Shown: in pieces, positions 1 to 10,096 of the stretch | Layout: every line of letters starts with the position of its first letter | Position numbering within the stretch: position 1 is the stretch's first letter | Assembly: GCA_024626585.2 (NCBI GenBank) | Contig: JANKJI020000004.1 | Coordinates: forward strand, 157,750,602 to 157,770,236 | DNA length: 19,635 nt | From: Ginkgo biloba | Lineage: Eukaryota > Plantae > Ginkgophyta | Reading direction: 5' to 3' | The notes under the pieces: generated by a model | Database searches by the model: none | The model's input: only the letters and a program-made list of their open reading frames with translations | Told to the model about the DNA's origin: nothing | Made by a program: the position numbers and the translations under genes

Positions 1-185
1 CTGATCGAACTCTTTGCCTTTCTATCCATCTTCTACCAATCTTCGTCCTTCATACTCGTGGGTTGATTTCCTGACACAGTAATCCACTGATCTCTGTCCA
101 CAAGGACGTCTTCCATCTTGAGATTCCATAGCTCAAATTTTTTTTCGTTAAATTTCTATATCGCCATCCTTAAATTACTTGCCAT
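1..185 (-). mobile_element. Ty1/copia LTR retrotransposon gag N-terminus, degenerate; runs off the window start
   Basis: The minus strand from ATG at 185 reads MASNLRMAI*KFNEKKFELWNLKMEDVLVDRDQWITVSGNQPTSMKDEDW*KMDRKAKSSIR. This matches the Tnt1-like gag start (IEKFNG..FELWKLKMED.L..KDQW...W.K.DRKA.S.IRL). Two in-frame stops. Confidence 0.9.
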
Positions 186-525
186 TTTCTATACACGGTT
201 ATTCTTTTCACAAATTCATTCTGAATATAATTACACCCTTCAAATAAACCATCAGTACGACAACTCAGCGAAGCATGACCCATCATATAATACCAACAGA
301 TAATTCTCATTAATATGAACACACATCCAATTAATGCCAAAAGAGGTCGCCAGCACTGGAAAGGTTTAAGAATGATAACAATTTCTTATCAAGAATTCCC
401 AGTGTTTATGGTGCCCAACATGCGAGCTTGCTCGAAGGTACGAGCAAACAATGGAGGAGTAACTTTCTGAATGCCTGGACTGGTTATTGACATTTTTTAT
501 TGAGAAATAAAAGGATGCTGTTTGC

Positions 526-619
526 TTAGCACTGCGAGAATAGATTGTCAGAGGAGAGGAACGATGAAAAGTTGTCTCTTTTCTTCTGTGCACTTCCATT
601 TCCCAGGTGGGTCATCTTC
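526..619 (-). CDS. Putative 3'-terminal coding exon of an unidentified host gene
   Basis: Minus-strand acceptor tttaggttgcAG|G, then KMTHLGNGSAQKKRDNFSSFLSSDNLFSQC and TAA (528-526), with AATAAA at 501-496. No upstream coding exon was identified and the family is not recognised. Confidence 0.35.
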
Positions 620-2189
620 CTGCAACCTAAATTGGCAACTAGAAATCAGACATAAGAGTTCTCTTTCATGATTGACCGCAGTAGAATCAGACACACATAT
701 GCTATTATTGTTAAGTTTTGTTAGTATTGATGACCGTGGCCCTGTTATGAGATGTCAGTCAAATTGTCTATACTCGATTTTATGACTGTACTTCTAATAT
801 CTACCTTGTTAGCTATGGTTTTTTTTCAGTTATCAAATAAGAAGTTGGGTATTGATGGTTATTGTTGTTGGGCAAGTAGTAATTAGAAACATTCCTTTCT
901 TATTTTGGGCATACGGGCACTAATAGGACAGGCAAAACTTATTTTTGGCAGACCATTCTTTGGCTAGGTTGCTTTAGCACAGGCAATTATGCTAAATTAC
1001 GCTCAAGCTTCAAGGAAATTGTATTATCTTTTAGCCAAGAGGCTTTTCTGTTTTCGTATAAAGTTATGTTAATCGACCCAATTCCTGTTACTGCCAGTCT
1101 TCTTGCCCAATTAACAGATGGAATTTATTTTCTCTGATGCTGCTGTAGATATAGGCACGCTATACAAAATGGCAACTGATAACTATCTTGTTTAATAAAA
1201 GGGTCCTGCAGTCATATCTGAAACATAAATGCACTAGTCAAAATTAAACTTGAGCATAAACAATAACACTAATTCCATAGGAACACAGATACCTGAAGAT
1301 ATATCTTAAGAATTAGTCAATACTAATAACAGTGGTTCTTTCTCTGGATGTTTAAAATACAACAAAATAGGTGGCAAATGGGGTTCTCTCAACACATCAT
1401 GTGCCCATTTGTCTCGAATGACATGTGCTCCAACTAAAAATAGAAAGGAGCAGATCTTAACAGACTCTTACTCCTGATCTTAGAATGATGAACAAAAATT
1501 TGAGCAAATACATTATAAAACAGAGTCTTTTACAGGGNNNNNNNNNNNNNNNNNNNNNNNNNNNNNNNNNNNNNNNNNNNNNNNNNNNNNNNNNNNNNNN
1601 NNNNNNNNNNNNNNNNNNNNNNNNNNNNNNNNNNNNNTGAGATTAAGATGTGTACGACAACCCCATTTCAACAAATCTCTAAGATTGTTAGAAGATTCCT
1701 CTTGACTATATTGATCTTCGCCTTGGATTCCAATATCATTTGTGTTTATTTCTATGCAGTCAAGTATTATACTTTTTTGAAGAATACATTTTTTATATTG
1801 GATGAAATATTAAGATTACATCACAATAACAACCATCTACAAAACAATTTGTAGTATGCCAATTGGCTACAAATTAGAAATTGAAATAGAAATAGAAATT
1901 ATATCAATGTCCACTAATGACCAAGAAGTGGTTAATGGGTCTATCAAATGATACACTCAAGTTACAAATCGAGGGAGGGCTTATAGCCTCTCTAGATCTA
2001 AGTCTAACCCTAAAATCTAATGGGAAAAGAAGCTCTACTAAAGAAACTTTAACAGAATCTTGCCCCCACTAATTACAAAGTGCACATCCAATAAGAATCT
2101 CATAGCTGCTTCTAAAAAGAAGACGTCTCTAATAAAAGCCCTTTGGGGCACCCACCAGTAGCATTGGAAACTCATCACTCCCAATGTTA

Positions 2190-3266
2190 GGTCTACAAGT
2201 CATCCACTACCATCAAATTGCCCTTAAGGTTTTCTAATGATTTTCGTTGCAGTCTAATCATCAATGGCTCCCCCGGTGGACCCTATTTTCTGCTTGCCTC
2301 TCTTCTGCCATCCAAGGGCGAAGATCATTTGTTTGGCACAAAGAATCCAGTTAATAAGTCTCTCTCTTGGTTAACTCCATTGTCGCCCCTTTTGGCCCTA
2401 TGAGAACCCCTCCCAGATTCAGAATGCTTCCTTTTGAGTTGTGTGTTGTCATGATGATGGGTAATCTTGAACTCTGAACAATGTCACATGTCCCGTTGGA
2501 GACTCTGTGTGTCCTAGGTGTTTTTGTCCCACCACTAAGGTTATTGGCTGAAAGAAAGAAGTGATACATTGAGTTTTATCATGATGTTGTGTTGTGTTCC
2601 CTAAGAGGTGATGCTTGTGGAGGAAAATCTCTCTAAGAAAGAGAGCACACATTGTTGATCCTTGTATGAGATGAATGCTACAAGGGACCCTCTATGTCTC
2701 TAAAAAGGTAATAATATCTCCCTCTGATCTCAAAAAAGACGAAACACTAAAAAATGAAGAATTCCTCCATTTTTATCTCAAGTGAATAAACTCTGCAAGT
2801 GCGATGGTTCCTAGGTAGTTGATGTTATGCCTCCACCCCAAGCCAATTACAACACACTCTACACTGCCCAACAAAGAACCATAGACCATGTGGCATATGT
2901 AGGTGTAAGTAGCCTAGAAGGTCTATGGTAGTCTATGGTACTGCCAAAGATGCGGAAAAAGTGCTCCCGATAGAAGGCCAACTTAGGGCTTAGGGCCCTA
3001 GGTGGAGAGATCCATATGGACTGAATGTAAATGTCCTCATGGATCTGCTCATTGATCTCCTTTCTTGTAAGTCGGTGATTTAGTGCATCCAAAGAGAATT
3101 CCAAAGGTGTGAATTTGTCAATCGATATGAAAATTGTCTGAAGTAATGCAAAAACCTCATTGTACCAACCATGTCTACATCCAATACTCTCCTTATCTAC
3201 CAAAATCTCTGATGAGCATATTGTAAGATACGGGTACTGTTCCCTCCTTTTGTAGGTATCCGCCAT
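2190..3266 (-). pseudogene. Decayed ORF of unknown family, probably a retrotransposon accessory ORF
   Basis: 135-aa open stretch starting at an ATG in strong context (gaaccATGGcg). After an apparent frameshift, protein-like text continues (ECVVIGLGWRHNINYLGTIALAEFIHLR*KWRNLHF ... GPPGEPLMIRLQRKSLENLKGNLMVVDD) with stops. Confidence 0.4.
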
Positions 3267-4272
3267 GGTTCAAACCCTATGTAGGTATGTGTAGATTTGA
3301 TATGTAATGTCCAAGCAAAGTGGATGAGCATCAAACTCTCCTTTTTTATCGAATAATACTAGATAACATAAGTGTCTAGACTCTCTCCAATTATGCCCAA
3401 TCACTTGTAGATAGGTTGTGCCCCTATACCTATGATCTATAAAAAGACATTAGCCTCACTAATGTGTTAAACAATATCTATTTCATAGGGATATCCTACA
3501 ATTGAAACTGGAAACACTGTCTCTCAAGGAGCAAAAGGGATGCATATCACTTCCAAATTTGAGACTAAACCATTGGATGCATGGTAAAAGAAAAACAAGG
3601 CAACTTGCATAAAGTAAACGCTACTTAATTCCAATGATAAATGTGCAATGTGGGTAGTGTGCATACAAAGCAGTTCTTTATTTATATTAAATTATGGTTG
3701 TAGAAAATAAATCCCATTAATTTATATGTTTCAATCAAGGGAAATGTTTGACTAGGGTTGACTTATAGTAAAGACTCCAACCATCTTGTTGTTGGCCATG
3801 GGAACTACCTAAAGGGGCTCACCATGCAGGCAACCAAGCCTTTGACACAGTGTTAACGTCTAGCAGTTATTTCCTATCTACTAGTCTNNNNNNNNNNNNN
3901 NNNNNNNNNNNNNNNNNNNNNNNNNNNNNNNNNNTTTCAACCCTCTTTTGTCATTAGGATATCTCTAGAAAGCTAAAGTATCCACTCCACATTGACAATT
4001 ATTTTATTATATCAATTTCTAGTCACAATAAATCCCTATGGTTGCAAAAACGAACCCTAGACCAAAAACACTACTAGTACAAAACCCTTATGGTTGCGAC
4101 AACATATTGTATTACCACGACTATAATAATATATTATGCCCCTATATTTGCGACAAAAGACTTTAGGCCCTANNNNNNNNNNNNNNNNNNNNNNNNNNNN
4201 NNNNNNNNNNNNNNNNNNNNNNNNNNNNNNNNNNNNNNNNNNNNNNNNNNNNNNNNNNNNNNNNNNNNNNNN

Positions 4273-5088
4273 TATTACCTTTGAAGCTACAATTGACGAG
4301 CCTCTATGTGCTTTAGTGTCGTAAGTCGATCTTCATCCATCTGAAATGCTATTATCAACTAGGTTGTCATCGTATCCCCAACCTCTTGGTAATCTACCAA
4401 ATTCATCTTAAAAGCCTTGACCTCAAAATTGACCGACAATATTGCCCTCTTACCATACACCAAGATTAAGGGGGTTGTGTCAATTGATACTTTATACGTA
4501 GTCCTATATGCCCACAATGCCAAATCCATCTTTTGACACCAATCCCATTTGTTTTGAGTTAGTTTTTCACAAGATATTAATCAAGGTCCTACTAGTATTT
4601 TTTGTTAGCCCATTGGCACGGGGATGATAAGAAGACAAGAACACATGCTTGCCATATTAGCTCTTGTATCACCTCTTTCCAAAAAATAAGTGCCTCTGTC
4701 CGACACCAACTTGACTGGTACTCCAAAATGGAAAACAATGTTAAATATAATAGCATTTACTGTTGCGTCGGCATTGACCCTGTGTGTTGGAATAACTTTG
4801 ACCCACATGGTCAGATAATCTCTTACTGCGATGATATGATTATGGCTAGTCCAAGAGGGTAACAAAAAATCTATATAATCTTACCCCATTTAGCAAACAG
4901 GCACGTTTCACAATTGGGCACAATGGCATACTAGGCAACATTACCCCCCTAGAATTCCCTAGCAAGACTTACAATCCTTAGCATAGGCATAAGCATCCTT
5001 AAAAACAATAGGCTATTGGAATCCAACTCTAATAAGCTTTCAGGCTGTCTTTACCCTTGAAAAGTCACAGCCACATAATCCTTCACAT
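4273..5088 (-). mobile_element. Ty3/gypsy (non-chromovirus, Tat/Athila-like) integrase, degenerate
   Basis: Minus-strand motifs in order: EGLCGCDFS..TA*KLIRVGF..P.VFKDAYAYAKDCKSC (zinc finger), IIAVRDYLTMWV, FGVPVKLVSDRGTYF, SSYHPRANGL, DWCQKMDLALWAYRTTYK..TTPL.LVYG, MDEDR. Contains stops and frameshifts and is cut by a gap at 4272. Confidence 0.92.
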
Positions 5089-5892
5089 CAATTGGTATCA
5101 AAGCAAGGTGGTTTTTCAAAACCACTCTCTTTCACTAATGGTTTCCTCAAAACTATTTTCGGTTTGACACCCATTAGGGTTTTCAGTGCACAAGCCATTT
5201 CAACATTTCAAGGTGGTTTTCTCCCTTGGCAGTGGTTTCCGACGGTTTGGTGGTTGCGTTTTACTCACAGGTTGTTTCTGATTTTCACTTCTCAATAGGT
5301 GGTTTCATTTCTCCAAGCAATTTTTCTACTTGGCGGTCTCCTTTTCCTTTGAGTGCTTTTGTTAAAGGCTGGGCAATTTCCTATGGTTTCCAATGGGCGA
5401 TTTCCCTAGTTTCCGCTTGGAAGTGTGGCGTCTTGGTTTTAGAACTCATGTGGCATCCACAGTCCCATGGCTTTTCTTCCCGTGAACCTACTCCAGCCTC
5501 CCAGGTGCCCAGGCTCTATTCCTCCTAGGCGCCCTACTCCCTGCCTCTTATGGGCCCCTATGCCAACGTCTGTGGTGCCCACGACCCCCACACAACACCC
5601 GCGAGCCACACCAGGCCCACGCGGCTTGCGCCCTCACCCAGTGAGACCAACACACAAACCCCACAGGCTCCTCACAGCACCACCACCTACGCCCAGGCCA
5701 CAATCCCTCCACCCCTGGAGACATCTCTACACCCTACACACCACAAAGACTCCGACGGGAAATTCAGAGAATTGAACCACAACATAAAAATTTTGAAAAC
5801 CAACAAAAAATCGAAAATATGATTCAAAATCGAGCACGTTAAAAAAAATGCATTTTTTCTAAAGTTTTCCAACTTTAGAAAACAAAAAAAAA
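5081..5892 (+). mobile_element. 5' internal (leader) region of a + strand LTR element
   Basis: Follows the PBS. Contains repeated GGTGGTTTT-like motifs (5107-5310), a C-rich stretch (5520-5760) and an A-rich stretch before the gap. No recognisable gag. Confidence 0.55.
5093..5104 (+). promoter_or_regulatory. Retrotransposon primer-binding site (tRNA-iMet type)
   Basis: TGGTATCAAAGC (11/12 match to TGGTATCAGAGC), preceded by ...cacatCA + AT, the canonical LTR-end/PBS geometry. Confidence 0.75.
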
Positions 5893-6040
5893 NNNNNNNN
5901 NNNNNNNNNNNNNNNNNNNNNNNNNNNNNNNNNNNNNNNNNNNNNNNNNNNNNNNNNNNNNNNNNNNNNNNNNNNNNNNNNNNNNNNNNNNNATTTGAAA
6001 ATTATACAACTCTTTCCTTGAGGACATTCAGCTAAAAACT

Positions 6041-6129
6041 AATTGACAAAATTTTAATTCTTAGGATCTGAAAAATGGAACTTTATTTAAAATTGACAAA
6101 AATTTAATTCTTAGGATTTGAAAAATGGA
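6041..6129. repeat. Direct duplication, 39-bp unit at 50-bp spacing
   Basis: aattgacaaaattttaattcttaggatctgaaaaatgga (6041-6079) vs aattgacaaaaatttaattcttaggatttgaaaaatgga (6091-6129); 2 mismatches. Confidence 0.9.
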
Positions 6130-7217
6130 TCATTACCTATATTTACCATTGCATGGAGCCTAGTGATCCATTTGTTGAGTGGATGAATAAGAAATGGTAG
6201 TTACACAAGCAAGATTATGCTTGGAGCAAACACTTTACACCTTTGGAAAGTCCCATTGGAACCAAAATATTGCCTTTTGGCCTTGTCCATCTTGCATCTT
6301 GGTTTAGCTACTAGAGAACGTCTCTCTTGAATGGGTGTTGGATCCCCCAATTGCCCCATGTGTGTCTAGCCTAAATCAATTAAACATCTTTTCTAATACC
6401 ATTTGTGGATTGAACCTCTATGGGAGTGGACTCACATGTTCATTGTTAGTATGGCAGCCAAGTGCTTTGGGTGGGGTTTGCTCTCTTAGGAGATACCTCC
6501 CCTTAGTCTATTACTTTTAGCACAGGATGGAAAATTCTTCGAGTGGAGGTCTTAGCCCAAATCTAAAAATAAGAAATGAGATTATTTTTAGCACTAGGCC
6601 TAACAATTACACATCAACTTTATCATTTCTTGTATTCTTGTAAATTGTGTTGTGCAGATCAAAGTTCAATCGAACAAGGTATGGCTGGAGCTATAATATC
6701 TTATTGAATTGATTGATCACTGGGGAGTGGCCCCTTTTACCACCAATAGTGTGCCCCACGATCCATCTCCTCCTCACAGAGACCGTAGTTGTAGCAGTAG
6801 TAGGGGCTCGTGAAATTCCAAGCCCCGCAATGCTCATCAAAGTTTTGGTCCTCTAGTGATATGCAATTACCTTGGCAGTCCCACTCAATGGGCAAGGCAA
6901 GGGGACGATGGGAAGCAATTTTGACGCTTCAGCTTGCCATTTCACTATGCAGTCCCCCATAGAACGATGGATGGGGAGATGGTGGTGGATTGGTGCTTGC
7001 CATATGATGCTTTGATTACATGTGCCCTTTCGTACTCAGTTTTTATTTTGATATTATGATGTAATGATGTCACCATGTTTTTTGCACTAGTTTTATTGAT
7101 GCCCTGTTTATCAAGAGAGAGCATGCCTTTTGTCTATGTTGGCCGATTTTTGTTGTATTATGATGTAATCCTTCCCATCTTGTCAATAAAAGAAAATTAT
7201 ATTTGCAACAAAAACAA
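6130..7217 (+). mobile_element. 5'-truncated L1-clade LINE: ORF2 C-terminal zf-RVT region plus 3' UTR and A-rich tail
   Basis: Reads ITYIYHCM..WMNKKW*..WSKHF / LWKVPLEPKYCLLALSILHLGLATRERLS*MGVGSPNCPMCV*PKSIKHLF*..LWEW / WKILRVEVLAQI..RNEIIF. This fits the LW..PK..LH..L.T..RL..CxxC..ES..HLF..IW..RN pattern of plant LINE zf-RVT. Ends in aataaaagaaaa...caaaaacaa. Confidence 0.82.
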
Positions 7218-7897
7218 TTTACCTAGTAGCTGGGGTACCTCTATGGGATTCTTTGGGGTTGGTAGAGACACAATGGCCCACACTACCTCAAGGTCTGGTG
7301 CCATCCCATTTGGGGAAATAATCCAACTCAATAGTTTAGTGTTTGTAGTGCAGAATATGCACTTAGGTGGCTGAAGACATAGAGAATGCTTGGCAACATT
7401 CAGAGCACCTTCACAAATCCATCAAATGATTTGAGCAAACCCTAGAATTTACAGAATAATCATCCAAATAGACACTCAGTCTTTTCGAGCAAAGGCTTAA
7501 ATTTCTCCTGCATGGTGCGCTAGAATGTTGTAGGTGCATTAATCAATTTGAAAGGCATCACTTGATAGGAAAATGTTCCCTAGGGTGAGGTAGAGGTTGT
7601 TTCGAGTTAATCATCCGAGTCAATACAAATCTAATTATACCTCGAATGACCATCCACAAAGGAATAGACTTGTTTGTCGACCACCTAGTCTATGATGCTG
7701 TCATTAAATGGCAATGGAAAAGTATCTTTCAAGGTCACTTTATTGAGATCTCGGTAATCAATGCATACTTGAATCTTACCATTCTTTTTTGTGATAGGGA
7801 CGGTTGTAGAAATCGAGTGACAATGATCCACCTCAAAGATTAAATTTGCTTGCACCAACAAATCATACATGCTCTTGACAATTCTCTTTGTGACACA
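7218..7897 (-). mobile_element. Ty3/gypsy reverse transcriptase, degenerate
   Basis: Motifs VPITKKNGKIQVCIDYRDLNKVTLKDTFPLPFNDSIID, YSFVDGHSRYN*I, GTFSYQVMPFKLINAPTTF*R, DLEVVWAIVSLPTPKNPIEVPQLLGKL. Confidence 0.95.
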
Positions 7898-7898
7898 T

Positions 7899-8029
7899 GC
7901 ATGTTCTCTATGGATGAGCTAATCTATCAATGGATGAGAGGACCAGTTGATTCGATACCGATGAATGGGTATCGAATTAGCTGGTCCTCTTGTCCATTGA
8001 TAGACTAGTTCAATCCATAGAGAACATGC
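7899..8029. repeat. Near-perfect inverted repeat/hairpin (61/62-nt arms, 8-nt loop)
   Basis: Left arm 7899-7959 vs reverse complement of 7968-8029 differ by 6 transitions and a 1-nt indel; loop gatgaatg. Confidence 0.97.
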
Positions 8030-8039
8030 TACAATATTA

Positions 8040-8305
8040 GTCTAAAATAATATTCCTATCCTATGTATGTGGCTCAGTCGAGGGTCTCCTTACCAGTCTC
8101 TGTGGGGGCACCGCAACTAGCACTGATGTTAGGCCCAATGCACATAGCTGGTCATCCTAAAATATTCTGCCACATTATTAGTGCACTCAAAAGGAATTAG
8201 ACTGGCATGACTAGCTACAAACTTATGACAACTGTCTTGCAAGACCCGATCCCCCCGAGAAGCACCATCCACATACAGAGTCCAAGTGTTGAGATCCATC
8301 TCTTT
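8040..8305 (-). mobile_element. Additional (archaeal-like) RNase H, aRH, N-terminal part; Tat lineage of Ty3/gypsy
   Basis: Minus strand reads DLNTWTLYVDGASRG...IPFECTNNVAEY..AMCIG...GDPRL, matching the aRH motifs W.LY.DGAS, F.CTNN.AEY and GDS.L. Confidence 0.85.
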
Positions 8306-8309
8306 CATC

Positions 8310-8852
8310 AGGATTTTTCAGGATAGAATGCCAATGTTCCTGAAACATTGGCAACAAAGACTTAGCCACATTATAGACTAAGTTTTCCCTCCTAGCGGAT
8401 GCACTAAATATTGATGAGAATTTTGAGTGGTATGTGGATATCCTTCGTTAATGACCAATCGTTTATGCCAGGGATTCCTTCGAGAGAGAAGAGGAAAATT
8501 CACATCCAGGTGGAAAAATATATTATTCTAGGGGGTAGTCTCTATCGACGATCAATAGATCATTTATTATTGCGATGTGTCTTGAGAGCAGATTTGACTA
8601 GAATGTTGGAGGAATGTCATGTTAACGTTTGTGGCAATCATTATTCTAGAGAAACAACAGTTCACAAGATTGTGAGAGCAGGATACTATTGGAATTCACT
8701 GTTCAAAGATGCTTATGCATTCATATGCGGATGTGATAAGTGTCAAAGAGCAGTGGGGAAACTACATAATGATCCTTTTCCATTAAATCCAGTACTTCCA
8801 GAGTGTCCATTTGCTAAATGGGCACTAGATTTTGTTGGCCCCATTTCTCCTA
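8310..8852 (+). mobile_element. Ty3/gypsy Tat-type integrase HHCC zinc-binding domain and start of the catalytic core, possibly preceded by the aRH C-terminus
   Basis: Open stretch LYRRSIDHLLLRCV..MLEECH..CGNHYS..KIVRAGYYW.SLFKDA..CDKCQR..PFAKWALDFVGPISP, cut by the gap at 8853. 8310-8390 weakly resembles F.I.HVPR..NK..LA.L. Confidence 0.93.
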
Positions 8853-9397
8853 NNNNNNNNNNNNNNNNNNNNNNNNNNNNNNNNNNNNNNNNNNNNNNNN
8901 NNNNNNNNNNNNNNNNNNNNNNNNNNNNNNNNNNNNNNNNNNNNNNNNNNNNTGGAGTCAAATGAAGAGGCGGTTTGGGGATGATGGTTAGCCTTGATGG
9001 CACCAAAGGTTTGTGTTGGCAACTGTGGTTAAGTCCTCGAGGGGTCTTCATGGACAACAGTGGTAGATTGTATATGACATAGTAACTTACCCCATTAGGT
9101 CCTAGCGATCTAGTTTGTTCTCCTAACTGCTTGATGTGTTGTGTGCCTATATTTGATTATGTTATTTCATTATTGGATTTTCATTTACTAACTAAATGGT
9201 TGGGTTGAAAGACTTGACTGTTACAGTATGGCCTAAATTTGTAGTTGCTAGCTGCCTTTTTGCTCATGGAAATTGCCTTTCACACCATTCCTTTTCTAAT
9301 GCATGAGAGCAAGTGGGATAATAGTTTCCTTAAAAAACCATGAGTCCTCAAGTGTTGGTAACATTCCAAATTTACCAGTCACCGACTTATGATAAAT

Positions 9398-10096
9398 CAC
9401 TCTTCCTCCTCAATTATTTCTGCATCTGCTAGCAATTCCTTCTCAATTATTTGTTCCATAATTCTAAGCTCCTCTATCTCTTCCATGTTCAGATTTTCAA
9501 AAAAATCAAAGATAGGGGGAGGGAATTTCTCAATATGTTCTCCCCTTAAAGCATGTACCATTCATGAATGATCACACTTCCAGTTCACTGTTTTTCCCAT
9601 ACTCCTTTCCTTCCATGTATGCTAACCATTTGGTTTTCCAAGTCCCCATTCAAACATCTGCCTTCAGCAATGAGTACCTTGCTACACGCTTTAATGATGC
9701 ATTCATTTCATTGACTATCATCATGTTTACACTTTGCAGTGGAACAGGATAGCCAACCTCCTTGTCTATTTATGGACTGCATGCATACATATTGGGTGCT
9801 GTATGTCAACTCCATGTAGATCATGTGTTTGTTGGAGTCCTCTTATCTGGCTAGCACTCAACAGCGATGCATTCATTTGATTGACTCTCATTACCAGTTC
9901 ATTTCCAACTTAAGATACATCTAGGTCTTGAGTACTGTTGACTAGTTTCAGACAGTGCTAACATATATAAATAGAGTTCAATGGTAGTTGAGGATCCTGG
10001 GGTTTTGCAGCACAAATTATACTGAAGTTTTGGGACTTTCATGCCTCTGTACAGATTTAAGATAATTGGGCCTTCATGCCAATCTATAGTTTTCAA
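9398..10096 (-). pseudogene. Decayed protein-coding-like segment of unknown family with an acidic C-terminus
   Basis: Frames join as ...EVGYPVPLQSVNMMIVNEMNASLKRVARYSLLKADV*MGTWKTKWLAYMEGKEY... / VHALRGEHIEKFPPPIFDFFENLNMEEIEELRIMEQIIEKELLADAEIIEEEE*. Contains stops and frameshifts; the upstream boundary is uncertain. Confidence 0.4.

Noticed and set aside
283-300. Possible PBS for the copia element (minus strand tggtattatatg)
   Set aside because: Only TGGTAT matches and there is no adjacent CA LTR end.
1218-1291. 74-nt GT-AG intron-like segment on the minus strand
   Set aside because: Flanking sequence has stops in all frames, so no coding exon can be built; a UTR/ncRNA intron cannot be supported from sequence alone.
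4069-4172. CACTACTAG as a CACTA transposon terminus
   Set aside because: The cc(t)tatggttgc motif occurs on both sides of it, no partner TIR is visible, and the contig is only ~240 bp between gaps.
5226-5822. Overlapping 90-102 aa Pro/Thr-rich ORFs
   Set aside because: Open frames arise from C-rich low-complexity leader sequence; no domain motifs.
8981-9008. Candidate start exon MMVSLDGTK(G) with phase-compatible donor AAG|GTTTGT
   Set aside because: Phase fits the exon at 10605, but it is too short and has no homology support; not reported without RNA evidence.
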